A stretch of 63,961 nt of DNA from Rhynchobatus australiae (lineage: Eukaryota). The notes below the pieces were generated by a model. It worked only from the letters and a program-made list of their open reading frames with translations, had not been told where the DNA came from and did no database searches. The stretch is from the NCBI GenBank assembly GCA_034780895.1, contig JAUZTB010000107.1, positions 89,344,999 through 89,408,959 on the forward strand. Reading direction: 5' to 3'. The position numbers and the translations under genes are program-made. Positions 1 to 12,373 of this stretch are shown piece after piece; the stretch's first letter is position 1; each line of letters opens with the position of its first letter.

Positions 1-771
1 GAGGGGTTAGCAGAAGTTAGAGAAATTGATGGTGATGCCGTCAGGTTGGAAATGACCAAGGCGGAATATGAGGTGTTGCTCCTCCAACCTGCGTCTGGCC
101 TTAACGTGGAAGTAGAGGAGGCTGTGGACAAATGGTCGTGGATAAACATGGAATATGTGGGTAAATGGGATGAGTGAACATGCTCAAAAAAGGTGGTATG
201 GATACGGTGGACCAAAGGACTTGTTTCTGCGCTGTACAACTTTGTGAATCTAGAATAAATTGTTTAAAATTAAAAAGTGGAGGAGTATTAGTTTTAAGAA
301 GTTATGGACAAAGTCAGCTTCCATTACATCATCTTGAAAAACTAAATTTATTTCCAAAAATGTAAAATATATAGGAAATACCCTTACTTGAACTAACTGA
401 TGAAGTATTATTGTTCAACAGGAAATGCCTTCCAATATGACACTGATACACTGAGCCCACGCATGTTAATAAATAATCTTTACAACAAGAACAATCATAA
501 AGAACAAACACTGTACATTAAAATAGAGTTGAGCCCTATATATCTCAAAAGTATTAAAAGCATAGAGACCTACATTTAACCACAGATAGCCTTTCTCCAT
601 CGATGGTTTTACTTTGAGGTATTTGTTTTGCTACATTGAATAAGGTAATATTTTGTATTTTGTTATGCTGTATGCTGATATTGCTTCAAAGGGGAAATTA
701 AAAGGGTGCATGTAACATGCTTACTAATGAAAATGCTGCTAGTATTTGGTGGAGAGGTGAAATCTTGATTT

Positions 772-783
772 GGAAATGAAACT
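772..783 (+). promoter_or_regulatory. Ets-IRF composite/ISRE-like element upstream of a candidate non-coding first exon of the NLR gene
   Basis: GGAAATGAAACT matches GGAAnnGAAA(CT). A strong donor CAG|GTAAGA follows at 857/858. Confidence 0.35.
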
Positions 784-1541
784 CTGTGTAAACCAGCAGG
801 CGCATGGTTAATGAAATAGAATTTCAGTGGGTTTCTATTGGTCTTCGATCATTACAGGTAAGAAATTGGCAAAACCCCCTGGCAGGATTACATCAAAAAT
901 AACAGTTATGCCAGGAAATAATTGTAGCCCTTACTTGGTGTTTAAAGCATCTGGGTAGCTGTTCCAATTCTAACTCTGTGTTAGGTGCATAGAAACAAAT
1001 ATTTATGCTGGCTTTGTGTACATGACAGAACACATTGACATGGTTAGGTTAGCTAATAAAGGAAGACAATCAAAATAAAAACAAGCAATTTCACAGCTTA
1101 CTGCCTCTAAATTTTCATGGGAGTTTTTGTCAATTCACTGAGTGCTACATCTAGGATGGACACATCTCACTGCTTGGGGGGATAATGCAGGAAATTTACA
1201 TTCTGAAGGCAAAATATTTGCGCTGCTTTTCTTCTGATTAGGATGGCTTATCAATAGGTTAGAGACATGCTGCCTTAACTGTATTTGAAACGTAACATAA
1301 AAAATGGTGTAATGGTTAATTGTAAACACTTTTATATTCCACAAAATGGATTGGAATTGACTGTGAAATTTCTGACAACCTTCTAATACCCATTAATAAA
1401 GGGCAGGGTGAGGGCAATTATAGCTGGAGGTCTGAAACCTGATGTGCTGCCTGTTTTGCTTTTTGCAAGTAAGGTGCCTGCGCCAGTTTTAGGTCCCCTG
1501 TTGCCACAGTGATTTGTCCTGAGCTGTCTTTGTCATCACAG

Positions 1542-1587
1542 ACTGGAGACCTGGACTCATCCCCACAGAACCCCTTCAACAGAGAAG
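1542..1587 (+). other. Candidate non-coding 5' UTR exon of the NLR gene
   Basis: Acceptor tttgtcatcacag and strong donor AAG|GTGAGT. No coding evidence. Confidence 0.25.
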
Positions 1588-2847
1588 GTGAGTAATTTAT
1601 CCAAACATTGTGCTGGAGGTTTGCTCTGAAATCTGTATTAAAGGACTCAGCAGTTGGTTTGTCTCCAGTAACAACTCTAATCCCAGGGAATTATGTCATC
1701 CAGCTCACCCCACCCAGACCCTGATCCCTGTAACTATTCCTCCATGTCCTGGTCAGAGATATCTCCAGTTTAGCCAACTGTTTTTTCTTCCCCCTCCCTC
1801 CTGAGAACTCTGACCTATCCCCTGGACCTGACTCCAGTTCTTCTACAACTCCTCTCACTGGTACCAAAACTCTCCTTCTGACTAATATCTCTTCCTCTGA
1901 CCCCTCCTCCACCACATTGAATGCCCAGCCTCCCATCAACTCTGGTTCTGACTCCTAATCTCTCTCCCCCATTCCTTCCTGGCCCTGATATACCAACTCC
2001 TTCATCTCTGCCTGCTCTCTCCCACCTATGAGTGATGGAAGCTGTATTTATGGAGTTCTGGGCTGAATACCTGCATTTTCAAGATACCTGGGGCCAGGCA
2101 TCAATTGCATGAAGGCAGTTTCCTCATAGTAGTGCCTGAGACTGGGTTAACCAAGATTCTGCGGCTGATTTGGAAGCTGCGGGATTCATGCATGTGGTTT
2201 TATCTGCTTCAAATGTTCATCTGTTCATCTCCTAGAAGTGCATATGTCTGCTCAGTCACCACATGAACAGAGTAATCAGAACTCCAGCAAGTCCTGAAGT
2301 AAAGCAATTTCTTCAAATGTCTCTCCTCACATGATATTCTTTAACATATCCATTTATTAACAACTTTCAAATTATTTTTACACCTTATCTCAAGATTTCA
2401 TGATTAAGTTTCTCTATTTTTCAGTGGAAATGATCCCATTGGAGATGTGACCTCAGATGAACAACATCATTAATCATTGGCTACTGGGTGACAAATTTCT
2501 AACATGTCAGCCAAGTTACAATCAACATTGAAAAATCTCACTGTGATTTTCAATCTCTGTATTTTCTAAATACACGATTGTCAGTTCAGCTCCTGGTTCA
2601 TTTCCTAGAGATAACAAATTAAGGGACAGGCAATGTATCTTACCTTTGTATGTCTCAAGGAACTTGACATAAATAATAATCAATGAGTGAATGGACTTGT
2701 TGATTATTTGTATGTGGAACTTCACTAGAGCAATTGCAAATAAAAAAAAATGGATGAGACAATAACAGGAACTTTAGGGTCTTCATGGATGGCTGAATTA
2801 AGATAGCCTGAAAAAAATATTCAGACTTAAGTAAAGAGAAAGGAAAA

Positions 2848-3250
2848 TTGGACACAAGAGAAACTGTAGATGCTGGGAATCTGAAGCAACACACAAAGGT
2901 GCTGGTAGAACTTAACAGGTCAGTCAGCATCGATGATGGGAAATGGAGAGTTGACGTTTCAGGTTGAGACCCTTCATCTGAATTGGAAAGAAAGTGGAGA
3001 AATTGCTTGTATAAAAAAGTGGAGGGAAGGGGTGGAGCAAGAGCTGGCAGGTGATAGGTGGATCCAGGTGAGGGGTTGATAGCAGATGATGGAGGAAGTA
3101 GAGTGGGAACGATGTTGGAGGCTAGGAGGTGATAGTTGGAAGTGACAAAGGGCAGAAGATGGAATCTGATAGGAGAGGACAGTGGAGCTTGGACTCAAGG
3201 GAGGGAGGTGGTGTGGGAACCATTGGAAAGAGTGTGTGGGTGATGGGCAG
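2848..3250 (-). mobile_element. Penelope-like element terminal repeat fragment
   Basis: Reverse complement of the recurrent ...GATGAAGGGTCTC..GAAACGTC..GATGCTG..GACCTG..AGTTC..CCAGCA motif seen many times in the window. Confidence 0.6.
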
Positions 3251-3350
3251 NNNNNNNNNNNNNNNNNNNNNNNNNNNNNNNNNNNNNNNNNNNNNNNNNN
3301 NNNNNNNNNNNNNNNNNNNNNNNNNNNNNNNNNNNNNNNNNNNNNNNNNN

Positions 3351-4420
3351 GATTCAGAATTGGCTCGATGATAAGAAGCAGAGGGTGATGGTTGAAGGTC
3401 GATTCTCCAACTGGAGGCAATGATGACTGGGGTGCCCCAGGGGTCAGTGTCAGGACCTCTGTTATCCATTATGTATGTAAGTGAATTGGATATGAATGTA
3501 CATGGCATGATCAGCAAGTTTGCTGATGATACTAAATCAGGGGGTCTTGTTGATAGTGAAGCAGATTCCAATGCCAAGAGATCTTGATCAGTTAGGGAGA
3601 TGGGCTGAAGTTGGCAAATGGATTTCAACTTAGATAAGTGTGAGGTGATGCATTGTGGACAGTAAAACCAGGGTAGGACTTGTAGAGTGAACGGCAGAGC
3701 TCTGATAAGTGATGTGAGACAGAGGGACCTGGAAGTACAAGTGCACAGTTTGCTGAAAGCAGCCACGCAAGTAGACAGGGTAGTGAAGAAGGTGTTGAGT
3801 ATGTTGGCCTTCATCAGCCAGGGCTTCGAGTTAGGATTAGGGACATTATGTTGCAGCAATATAAGTTGTTGGTGAGGCTGCACCTGGAGTATTGTGCACA
3901 GTTCTGGTCTCTGTTATAGGAAAGACATTGTTAAACTGTAAGGGTGCAGAAGAGATTTATGAGGATGCTGCCTGGACTAGAAGATCTGAGTTATAGGGAG
4001 AGGTTGGCTATGCTGGATTTTTATTCCTTGGAGTGTAGGAGAATGAGGGGTGACCTCATAGAAGTTTATAAAATCATGAGGGGTATGGATAAGGTCATAG
4101 TCTTTTCCCCAGGCTTGGGGGGAGTCCATAACTAGAGGGCACAGGTACATGATTAGCAGGGAGAGATTTAAAAGAGACCTGAGAGGTAACTTCTTCACAC
4201 AGAGGGTGGCAAGTACCTGGAATGAGCTGCCAGAGGAAGTGGTTGAGGCAAGTACAATTGCAACACTTAAGAGGCATTTGGATAGGTACATGGAGGGGAG
4301 GGGCTTGGAGGGTTATGGACTGAACACGGGCAACTGGGACTAGCAGGGAGGATGCTGTGATCAGCATGGACCAGTTGGGCTGAAGGGCCTGTTTTTATGC
4401 TGTATTACTCTATGACTCTA
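3351..4420 (+). mobile_element. CR1 LINE 3' fragment (RT C-terminus and 3' tail), degenerate
   Basis: Translates to GVPQGSVSGPL, KFADDTK, VQKRFMRMLPGL, RGDLIEVYKIM and FFTQRVASTWNELP, with stops. Ends in a tctatgactcta tail. Confidence 0.9.
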
Positions 4421-4610
4421 CGTTAACAATACATACTGGAATGTTACAGGTATATTGAAAAGGAGCTAGCACAACTAACCCACCAGCAGAAGATATTTGG
4501 AAAATGAACCCATGAATTTCCAATCTTCTAAACTGCACGGATAATCACAGTGTAAAAGACTTATAGAGTGAATAATTGGCTTTGGTCTGCAGAACTGATT
4601 TCCCAACATT

Positions 4611-4620
4611 ATGGAGGAAG
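4611..4620 (+). CDS. NLR gene, putative first coding exon (MEE+G)
   Basis: ATG GAG GAA G|GTAAGT is a perfect phase-1 donor and joins in frame to the exon at 5691. Confidence 0.5.
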
Positions 4621-5690
4621 GTAAGTGTAAAAGGTTGCATTACATTAAAAAAAACTTAAGCTTAAACAGCAAAGCAAGAATATACAGCATGTATACAATG
4701 AGTTCATTTCTACCTTCATTATTATCTGTAATGCTCTGAAGGGGTTTCGTTAAAACATAGATTTGGATTTGGCTTCTGAAAGTTTTCCCCTTTGAACTAA
4801 TTACTCGGGGAGAATTTCATGTAGCATTGGAAAATGGCATGAAATAATTGTGCAACACCAAAATGCCACCTTAAGATGCTGGTCTGAGGCTTTCTGGGAA
4901 TAGGGTGTTAGGAGTGATCTCTGTAGAATNNNNGACATAGATTGTGGAAGTGCTATACCACACCAGTTGTGTGAGACTCTTCAATTCCACTTGTGGATGG
5001 TAGTGAAGTCATGATAAAGATAGGAGTGAGTGGTACCCAGTCTCAACCTATAGTTTTAATGGGAAATCAGGAGGAGCACTCCCGTGTCTCTCATATTCAG
5101 TTAAATATTTGAATCACTTAATATCCAGTGGCTACTGCAAACATAGATATCCATGTGGGTAGAGTGGGAGGAACTTGACAATGTTTGACACTCCACACCC
5201 CCACCACAGATCAAAAGTCACACCTGGGAGGATATAACAATGCAGCCATCATGATGTTCATAACTGTAATTAGGAAAATATATTAGGACAGAAATTAGGG
5301 AAGGTTTCTGTGAGGTAAAACTCTCCTTCGTACATTAAGAACATAAGACCGTGAGGCACAGGATAGCTAATTATTACCTATATCACTCAAAAATAATACT
5401 ATTTTATCAATTGAACTAAAAACAGAAAATGAAATCACTTTGCAATACATGAGGAGAGAGAGAGACAGAATTAATATTTTAGATGAATGGTCTTTGAAAG
5501 TTCATCATCACAAAACATCCACCCAGTTTCTCTCTCTCTCCCAATGTTGCCTGCCTGCTGAGTACTTCCAGCAAACTTTGTTTTCGTTTTAGATATCTAG
5601 CATCTGCAGTATTTGACTTTGGCCTTAATTGATTGACATGATTACTTGGAAAGTTTCTTTAAACATGTGATGTTTATTTTAATTGATAAG

Positions 5691-5828
5691 TTCATGAAGT
5701 TCAGCATTTCATGGGATTTATTAAAGAAGATCAATGTGCTTCAGCAATTCGTCCTGAAGATTCAATGAATGACCTTCCAGGTGGCAACTTGGATTTGAAT
5801 GACAATGTGAACAATGGGATAGATAGAG
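5691..5828 (+). CDS. NLR gene, N-terminal exon (VHEVQHFMGFIKEDQ...NNGIDR)
   Basis: Acceptor ttttaattgataag, donor AGAG|GTAAGA. Phase 1/1, open, and in frame with the NACHT exon. Confidence 0.6.
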
Positions 5829-6244
5829 GTAAGAATAGCATGTATTGTTTGGATATTTTGTTCCAGAGGATAGTTATTGAGGAAGAGAGAAAAGTATATT
5901 GATGACAATGTCATTGATCTGTGCTTGAATTTCTCAAATACAGGAAGCTAAAAGATAGCATACCTAAAGTTTCACATCTCAGTCAAGGAATCTATAACAA
6001 ATCATAACTTATAATCATGCCCTTTGTTAAATTTTCTGTTCTCTTTATAGTGCTACATTGTCTGTTTATTTTGAGCTGCTTTAAAAAGTAGGTACTCATT
6101 TTGAAATGCAAATGAGGTCTCACAGGAACCACCAGTCATTGCAGCTGATTTTTCAGTCTGTTTTAGATTTTGAATCAGAATCAACTTGAATCAGCAAAAA
6201 CATCTTTACAGTGCCACATGATGTTTATGCTTCTTGCAAAATAG

Positions 6245-7387
6245 AATTCGCTTCCCTTCCACTACCATCAATGCTGCCCTCAGCCGCATCTCCTCCATTT
6301 CCCGCACGTCTGCCCTCANNNNNNNNNNNNNNNNNNNNNNNNNNNNNNNNNNNNNNNNNNNNNNNNNNNNNNNNNNNNNNNNNNNNNNNNNNNNNNNNNN
6401 NNNNNNNNNNNNNNNNNNNNNNNNNNNNNNNNNNNNNNNNNNNNNNNNNNNNNNNNNNNNNNNNNNNNNNNNNNNNNNNNNNNNNNNNNNNNNNNNNNNN
6501 NNNNNNNNNNNNNNNNNNNNNNNNNNNNNNNNNNNNNNNNNNNNNNNNNNNNNNNNNNNNNNNNNNNNNNNNNNNNNNNNNNNNNNNNNNNNNNNNNNNN
6601 NNNNNNNNNNNNNNNNNNNNNNNNNNNNNNNNNNNNNNNNNNNNNNNNNNNNNNNNNNNNNNNNNNNNNNNNNNNNNNNNNNNNNNNNNNNNNNNNNNNN
6701 NNNNNNNNNNNNNNNNNNNNNNNNNNNNNNNNNNNNNNNNNNNNNNNNNNNNNNNNNNNNNNNNNNNNNNNNNNNNNNNNNNNNNNNNNNNNNNNNNNNN
6801 NNNNNNNNNNNNNNNNNNNNNNNNNNNNNNNNNNNNNNNNNNNNNNNNNNNNNNNNNNNNNNNNNNNNNNNNNNNNNNNNNNNNNNNNNNNNNNNNNNNN
6901 NNNNNNNNNNNNNNNNNNNNNNNNNNNNNNNNNNNNNNNNNNNNNNNNNNNNNNNNNNNNNNNNNNNNNNNNNNNNNNNNNNNNNNNNNNNNNNNNNNNN
7001 NNNNNNNNNNNNNNNNNNNNNNNNNNNNNNNNNNNNNNNNNNNNNNNNNNNNNNNNNNNNNNNNNNNNNNNNNNNNNNNNNNNNNNNNNNNNNNNNNNNN
7101 NNNNNNNNNNNNNNNNNNNNNNNNNNNNNNNNNNNNNNNNNNNNNNNNNNNNNNNNNNNNNNNNNNNNNNNNNNNNNNNNNNNNNNNNNNNNNNNNNNNN
7201 NNNNNNNNNNNNNNNNNNNNNNNNNNNNNNNNNNNNNNNNNNNNNNNNNNNNNNNNNACCTTCTTAGTCTGGCTTCTGCCCTCTTCCTTTCCAGTCCTGA
7301 TGAAGGGTCTTGACCCAAAAAGTCGACTGTGTATTTCTTTCCACAGATGCTGCCTGACCTGCTGAGTTCCTCCAGCATTTTGTGTGA
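6245..7387 (+). mobile_element. Penelope-like element, mostly inside an N gap
   Basis: Left flank reads FPSTTINAALSRISSISRTSAL. Right flank carries the terminal repeat with the hammerhead-like motif. Confidence 0.6.
7292..7329 (+). ncRNA. Degenerate minimal type I hammerhead ribozyme in a Penelope-like repeat
   Basis: CAGTC-CTGATGA-A-GGGTC-TT-GACCC-AAAAA-GTC-GACTG. Stems I and II are perfect and the GUC triplet is kept, but GAAAC is mutated to AAAAA. Confidence 0.6.
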
Positions 7388-7587
7388 ACTCTCTCAGCTG
7401 TGAGGTAATTTCTTAGAGGATAGCTGGAAGTAGGCTTCAATTGACTGATTGCTGTAGAATTTTGTTTTAATTTGCTAAGAGATAAATGGACTGCTGAAAT
7501 TTCAAAACACAGCCACTTAGAGACACATATAATCACAGAGAATATTCAACCGGAATTATTTCCTTCTGATCCTTACTTTCATTGTAG

Positions 7588-9343
7588 GAGATGTTCTTCT
7601 GGATCTCAAAAAAACTCACATCAAGGCTTTGAAGGAAATGTGTGTGTGCATAAGAGGAGAGTCTACATCTAATAGGTTTATAGATGTACATCCTTGGCAG
7701 CACGAAGGCTCGAAGCACCAGTGCACGGATCAGAACATCAGGCCAATCCACCTCCTCAGCTACGCAGAGATCTTAAAACCAGCAACTGAAGGGCATAAAC
7801 CTCACAGAACCACCATTACAACAGGAATAGCTGGAATTGGCAAAACAGCATGTGTTGAAAAATTAATTCATGACTGGGCTGCTGGTTCTATACTGTCAGA
7901 ATTTGATTTCATATTCATGTTCCCATTCTGTAAACTCAATATGCTGCCACAGAAGATGCTAAGCCTGATGCAACTGATCCAGATTTGCTATCCACATATG
8001 CAGCACTGCAAAGAGATTTTTTCGAGCATGACAATCAAATGCTTATATATATTTGATGGACTAGATGAAAGTAGACAAACTCTAAATTTTGAAAACCAGT
8101 TAGCTTGCTATGATGAATGTGAATCAAGGTCACTTGAATCCTTGCTCTCGAACCTTATCAGAGGCAACATTCATCCTTCCTCTTCAGTTTGGATCACCAC
8201 CCGGCCAGCAGGCATGGGGCAGATACCTCTCTGTTATATTGACAGACTGACTGAACTACAAGGATTCAGTGAACATGAGAAGATGGAGTATTTTCACAAG
8301 AAGTATGAAAATAAGCACTTGGCAGACAAAATGATTTCATTTATGAAGAAGGAAAGGAGCTTATCCTCTCTATGTTACTTGCCCATTTTCTGTTCTGTTT
8401 TGTCAACCTTTCTGGAGGATGCACTTAAATCATTACAATGTCATGAACTCAGTAATTACATGCCCATAGCAATCACACCTGTCTTCAACAAATACTTAGT
8501 ACATATCCTTTCCTATCAACTACAACGACAGGCATACTTAAGAGGTGCAAAGCAAACTTTTGCTGAATTGATGAAGTCAAGACAAAGAGACATCATCAGT
8601 CTGGGGAAACTGGCTTTTGATTTGCTGAAAAGTGAAACATTTATATTCAGTGAACATAATTTAAGAATGTACAATGCTGATGTCTCTCTGGCCGAGAGTG
8701 GAATATGCAAAGAGTTTGCAAAGGAAAATGCAAACAACTCAAAGAAAATCTGCTTTGTTCATGAAGCACTACAGGAATACATGGCTGCTTTGTATGTTTT
8801 TCTTTCATTTAACAACACCAAATCAAATCCTTTAATGGCATCAACCAAACCAAAGTCACGACAGCGATGTGAAAAGCCCAGCTATGTCCACATCCTTAAA
8901 CAAGCATGTAAAGAAAACATCAAAAGTTCCAGTGGTCACTTTGGCTTATTTCTCAGATTCCTTTGTGGACTCGGGACAAAAACAAATCAGCAAAGCTTGA
9001 AAGGACTGATGACGAGTTGTGAAATTCATCATGATGATATAACAAAGATTATTCAATTTTTGAAGGAAAAATTACAGGAAGATATTGCTCCAGAAAAATG
9101 CCTCACTCTTATACATTGTTTAATTGAATTAGATGATAATTCATTTGTTGTGCAGTCCAGCAAGATCCTAGCTACTGAGGCTGCCACTTATCGTACTCTG
9201 TCACCTATGGAATACTCAGCAATGGCCCTTGTTTTGCAAATGTTGGATGAAAATAGTGAGACATTCAATCTCTCTGAACACAAAATATCTTCCATTGGGC
9301 TTCGGAGATTGGCCCCAGTTCTGTTTTCGTTCACAATTTTAAA
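7588..9343 (+). CDS. NLR gene, large FISNA-like + NACHT/HD1/winged-helix/HD2 exon (NLRC3/NLRP-like)
   Basis: Walker A GIAGIGKT, Walker B CLYIFDGLDE, VWITTRP, winged-helix motif FVHEALQEYMAALY and LFLRFLCGL. Acceptor ctttcattgtag (phase 1), donor AA|GTAAGG (phase 2). Confidence 0.95.
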
Positions 9344-11724
9344 GTAAGGACACTTGCTTCCCTTAAAAAAAATACTTTTATCAATAAAATTCAATAATAC
9401 ATTACAGAGTATTGTAAAAGGTGTGTGTGTGGGTCGGGGGGAGNNNNNNNNNNNNNNNNNNNNNNNNNNNNNNNNNNNNNNNNNNNNNNNNNNNNNNNNN
9501 NNNNNNNNNNNNNNNNNNNNNNNNNNNNNNNNNNNNNNNNNNNNNNNNNNNNNNNNNNNNNNNNNNNNNNNNNNNNNNNNNNNNNNNNNNNNNNNNNNNN
9601 NNNNNNNNNNNNNNNNNNNNNNNNNNNNNNNNNNNNNNNNNNNNNNNNNNNNNNNNNNNNNNNNNNNNNNNNNNNNNNNNNNNNNNNNNNNNNNNNNNNN
9701 NNNNNNNNNNNNNNNNNNNNNNNNNNNNNNNNNNNNNNNNNNNNNNNNNNNNNNNNNNNNNNNNNNNNNNNNNNNNNNNNNNNNNNNNNNNNNNNNNNNN
9801 NNNNNNNNNNNNNNNNNNNNNNNNNNNNNNNNNNNNNNNNNNNNNNNNAAACTCCAAAAAGACAAATGTGTAAAGTAGAAATCTTACCTCTCTCTGGACA
9901 AATTTAGTTTGAACATCCTGAACACGAGCGATAGTGGCTATAGTTCCATAACGAATAAATTCACATAATTTGATCCAAGGTAAAACCCTCACCAGAGGGG
10001 TTAGTAGGATGAGTAACAGGATAAGTATACATTATAAGAACAGTGTAAGTGGAGTTTTATAATGCTCAATACCATATCCAGTCTATGGAACATTTACTGT
10101 GGTACTGAGGGTGTGCAGCACCGTCTAAGGTGCCAACTTTGACTGAGATGTTAAACCAAGGACATAGTTGTGCTTTCAAATGGTTGCAAAATGTCCTGTT
10201 ACACTATTCAAAGAAGAGCTTAGGAGTTCTCAGTTCCCTGGCTAATGTGAATCCCTCAGTTAAAATTATTAAAATATGTTCTTCAAAATGTTGCACATTG
10301 CCTTTTATGAAAACCTTGCTATGCATTAATTGACTGTTGCATTCCCTACACTAAAATAATAGCCAAAATTGAAAAATGCTTCTTTGCTTTTAAACCATTT
10401 TAGGATGCAACAACTTAATTCTGAGCATTTCTTTCTTGAAGCTGACAATATGTGTCAAATGGAAACATATTCCACTTCTCCATGATCAACTGCTGATATT
10501 CCCCACTTAATGACCACAAAAGCAAATGTTAGAAAATAAACAGCAGAGAACTCAATTGNNNNNNNNNNNNNNNNNNNNNNNNNNNNNNNNNNNNNNNNNN
10601 NNNNNNNNNNNNNNNNNNNNNNNNNNNNNNNNNNNNNNNNNNNNNNNNNNNNNNNNNNNNNNNNNNNNATATGACAAGCTCATATTCAGGTCATTTCAAA
10701 GCCTTGCTCTGCCTGTTCTGATCGACTGTAATTTGCATACTGTAGTTCTTTAATATTTGATTATATTGTTCACTCCTATGCTGCTATCAAAAGCTGACCA
10801 TTCACTCATTATTTCTTGATCCCAGCTCCATCCCTGCTCTCACTTTAACTTTACCAATAATTTACTGGTTACTTATATTTTTACTAGATGTACTTTGTAC
10901 AAAGATAAACATATATAGAGTTCTGATAAAATGTCAGTGAGCCAATATATTAGCTCTGTTTTGCTCTCCATGGATGCTGCCTGGTTAGCTCATTGTGTTC
11001 AGTGTTTTCTGTTTTTACTAAACGCATATCGTCACTATTTCTGTGTTGATACTTAAGGTCAACATTTGCATTTAATATGTATTAATTTAAGTGTAAAATA
11101 TGATTTGAGTGCATAACAGGGAACAATTGCATCAAATTTATGCCACACATGTGATGTTTACTACAGTTGATGAGAAACAATGAAATTCTGAATTTTATAT
11201 CACCTAATAATTAGTGTGGATGCTACCCTGTAGATCCTCACCACACATTTTCAAGGGAAAGTCANNNNNNNNNNNNNNNNNNNNNNNNNNNNNNNNNNNN
11301 NNNNNNNNNNNNNNNNNNNNNNNNNNNNNNNNNNNNNNNNNNNNNNNNNNNNNNNNNNNNNNNNNNNNNNNNNNNNNNNNNNNNNNNNNNNNNNNNNNNN
11401 NNNNNNNNNNNNNNNNNNNNNNNNNNNNNNNNNNNNNNNNNNNNNNNNNNNNNNNNNNNNNNNNNNNNNNNNNNNNNNNNNNNNNNNNNNNNNNNNNNNN
11501 NNNNNNNNNNNNNNNNNNNNNNNNNNNNNNNNNNNNNNNNNNNCCTTGCAGTGGTACATTGAATCAATCTTGTACTCTGAACTGAAATATATTTGATATG
11601 CTTTCTGGGCATTGAACTCAAAATATTTGAGTTATGAATTAAAAAATGCAGATTATTTGAAAATGCTTATATTTTCAGGCCTGTAGACTAAAGACATTAT
11701 ATGGTCAGATCTTTATTATCTTGA

Positions 11725-12022
11725 ATTTAAATCTTTCCCTGTTCACTTTAGTTTTGTACTCCCTTACCCTGGACAAAAGACTGTGTCCATTCACGTTATC
11801 AATGCCTCTCATGATTTCATATGCCTCTATAAGGTCACCCCTCAGCCTTCTATGCTCCAGGGAAAAAAGTCCCAGCTTCTCATACCTCAAACTCTCCAGT
11901 CTTGGTAATATCCTCATAAATCTTTTTTACACAATTTGCAGTTTAATTATATCCTTCCTACAGCAAGTTGATCAGAACTGTATATATTACTTCAAATGTG
12001 GCCTTACCAATGTCCTGTACAG
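11725..12022 (-). mobile_element. CR1 LINE fragment
   Basis: Minus-strand translation RILPRLESLRYEKLGLFSLEHRRLRGDLIEAYEIMRG. Confidence 0.8.
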
Positions 12023-12202
12023 CCTTTTATATTTGTGGCAAAAAACAGGTACATTGGAAGTTGCAAGCAAAAGAATTTCCCCTCACGTTTCAATAGCCTA
12101 CTTAATGCTACATTAAAATGCATTACTGGGCTACAGAACTTGGGATGAATTGTTCAGAATGCACAATTTCATGAATGTTTCTCTTTTCTCTCTTTTGCAC
12201 AG

Positions 12203-12373
12203 GTTGGAAAGAAATGATCTCACACATAAATGTTGCGAGGCCCTAGCCTACATTCTGAGCAATAATAGCATGCTGAGAAACCTGAACCTGTGTGATAACC
12301 ATCTGGGAGATAAAGGGATATGTTTGTTGTCTACAACTCTGAAGCAGCCTCAATGCAGAATACAGAAACTGAA
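12203..12373 (+). CDS. NLR gene, LRR exon 1 (171 bp, ribonuclease-inhibitor type)
   Basis: LERNDLTHKCCEALAYILSNNSMLRNLNLCDNHLGDKGICLLSTTLKQPQCRIQKL. AG/GT boundaries, phase 2/2. Confidence 0.92.

Noticed and set aside
3122-3883. 253-aa minus-strand ORF
   Set aside because: It is the antisense frame of the CR1 RT fragment joined across a gap.
7588-9343. Assigning a gene symbol such as NLRC3 or NLRP3/12
   Set aside because: Motifs establish the NLR family, but orthology needs phylogeny and synteny.
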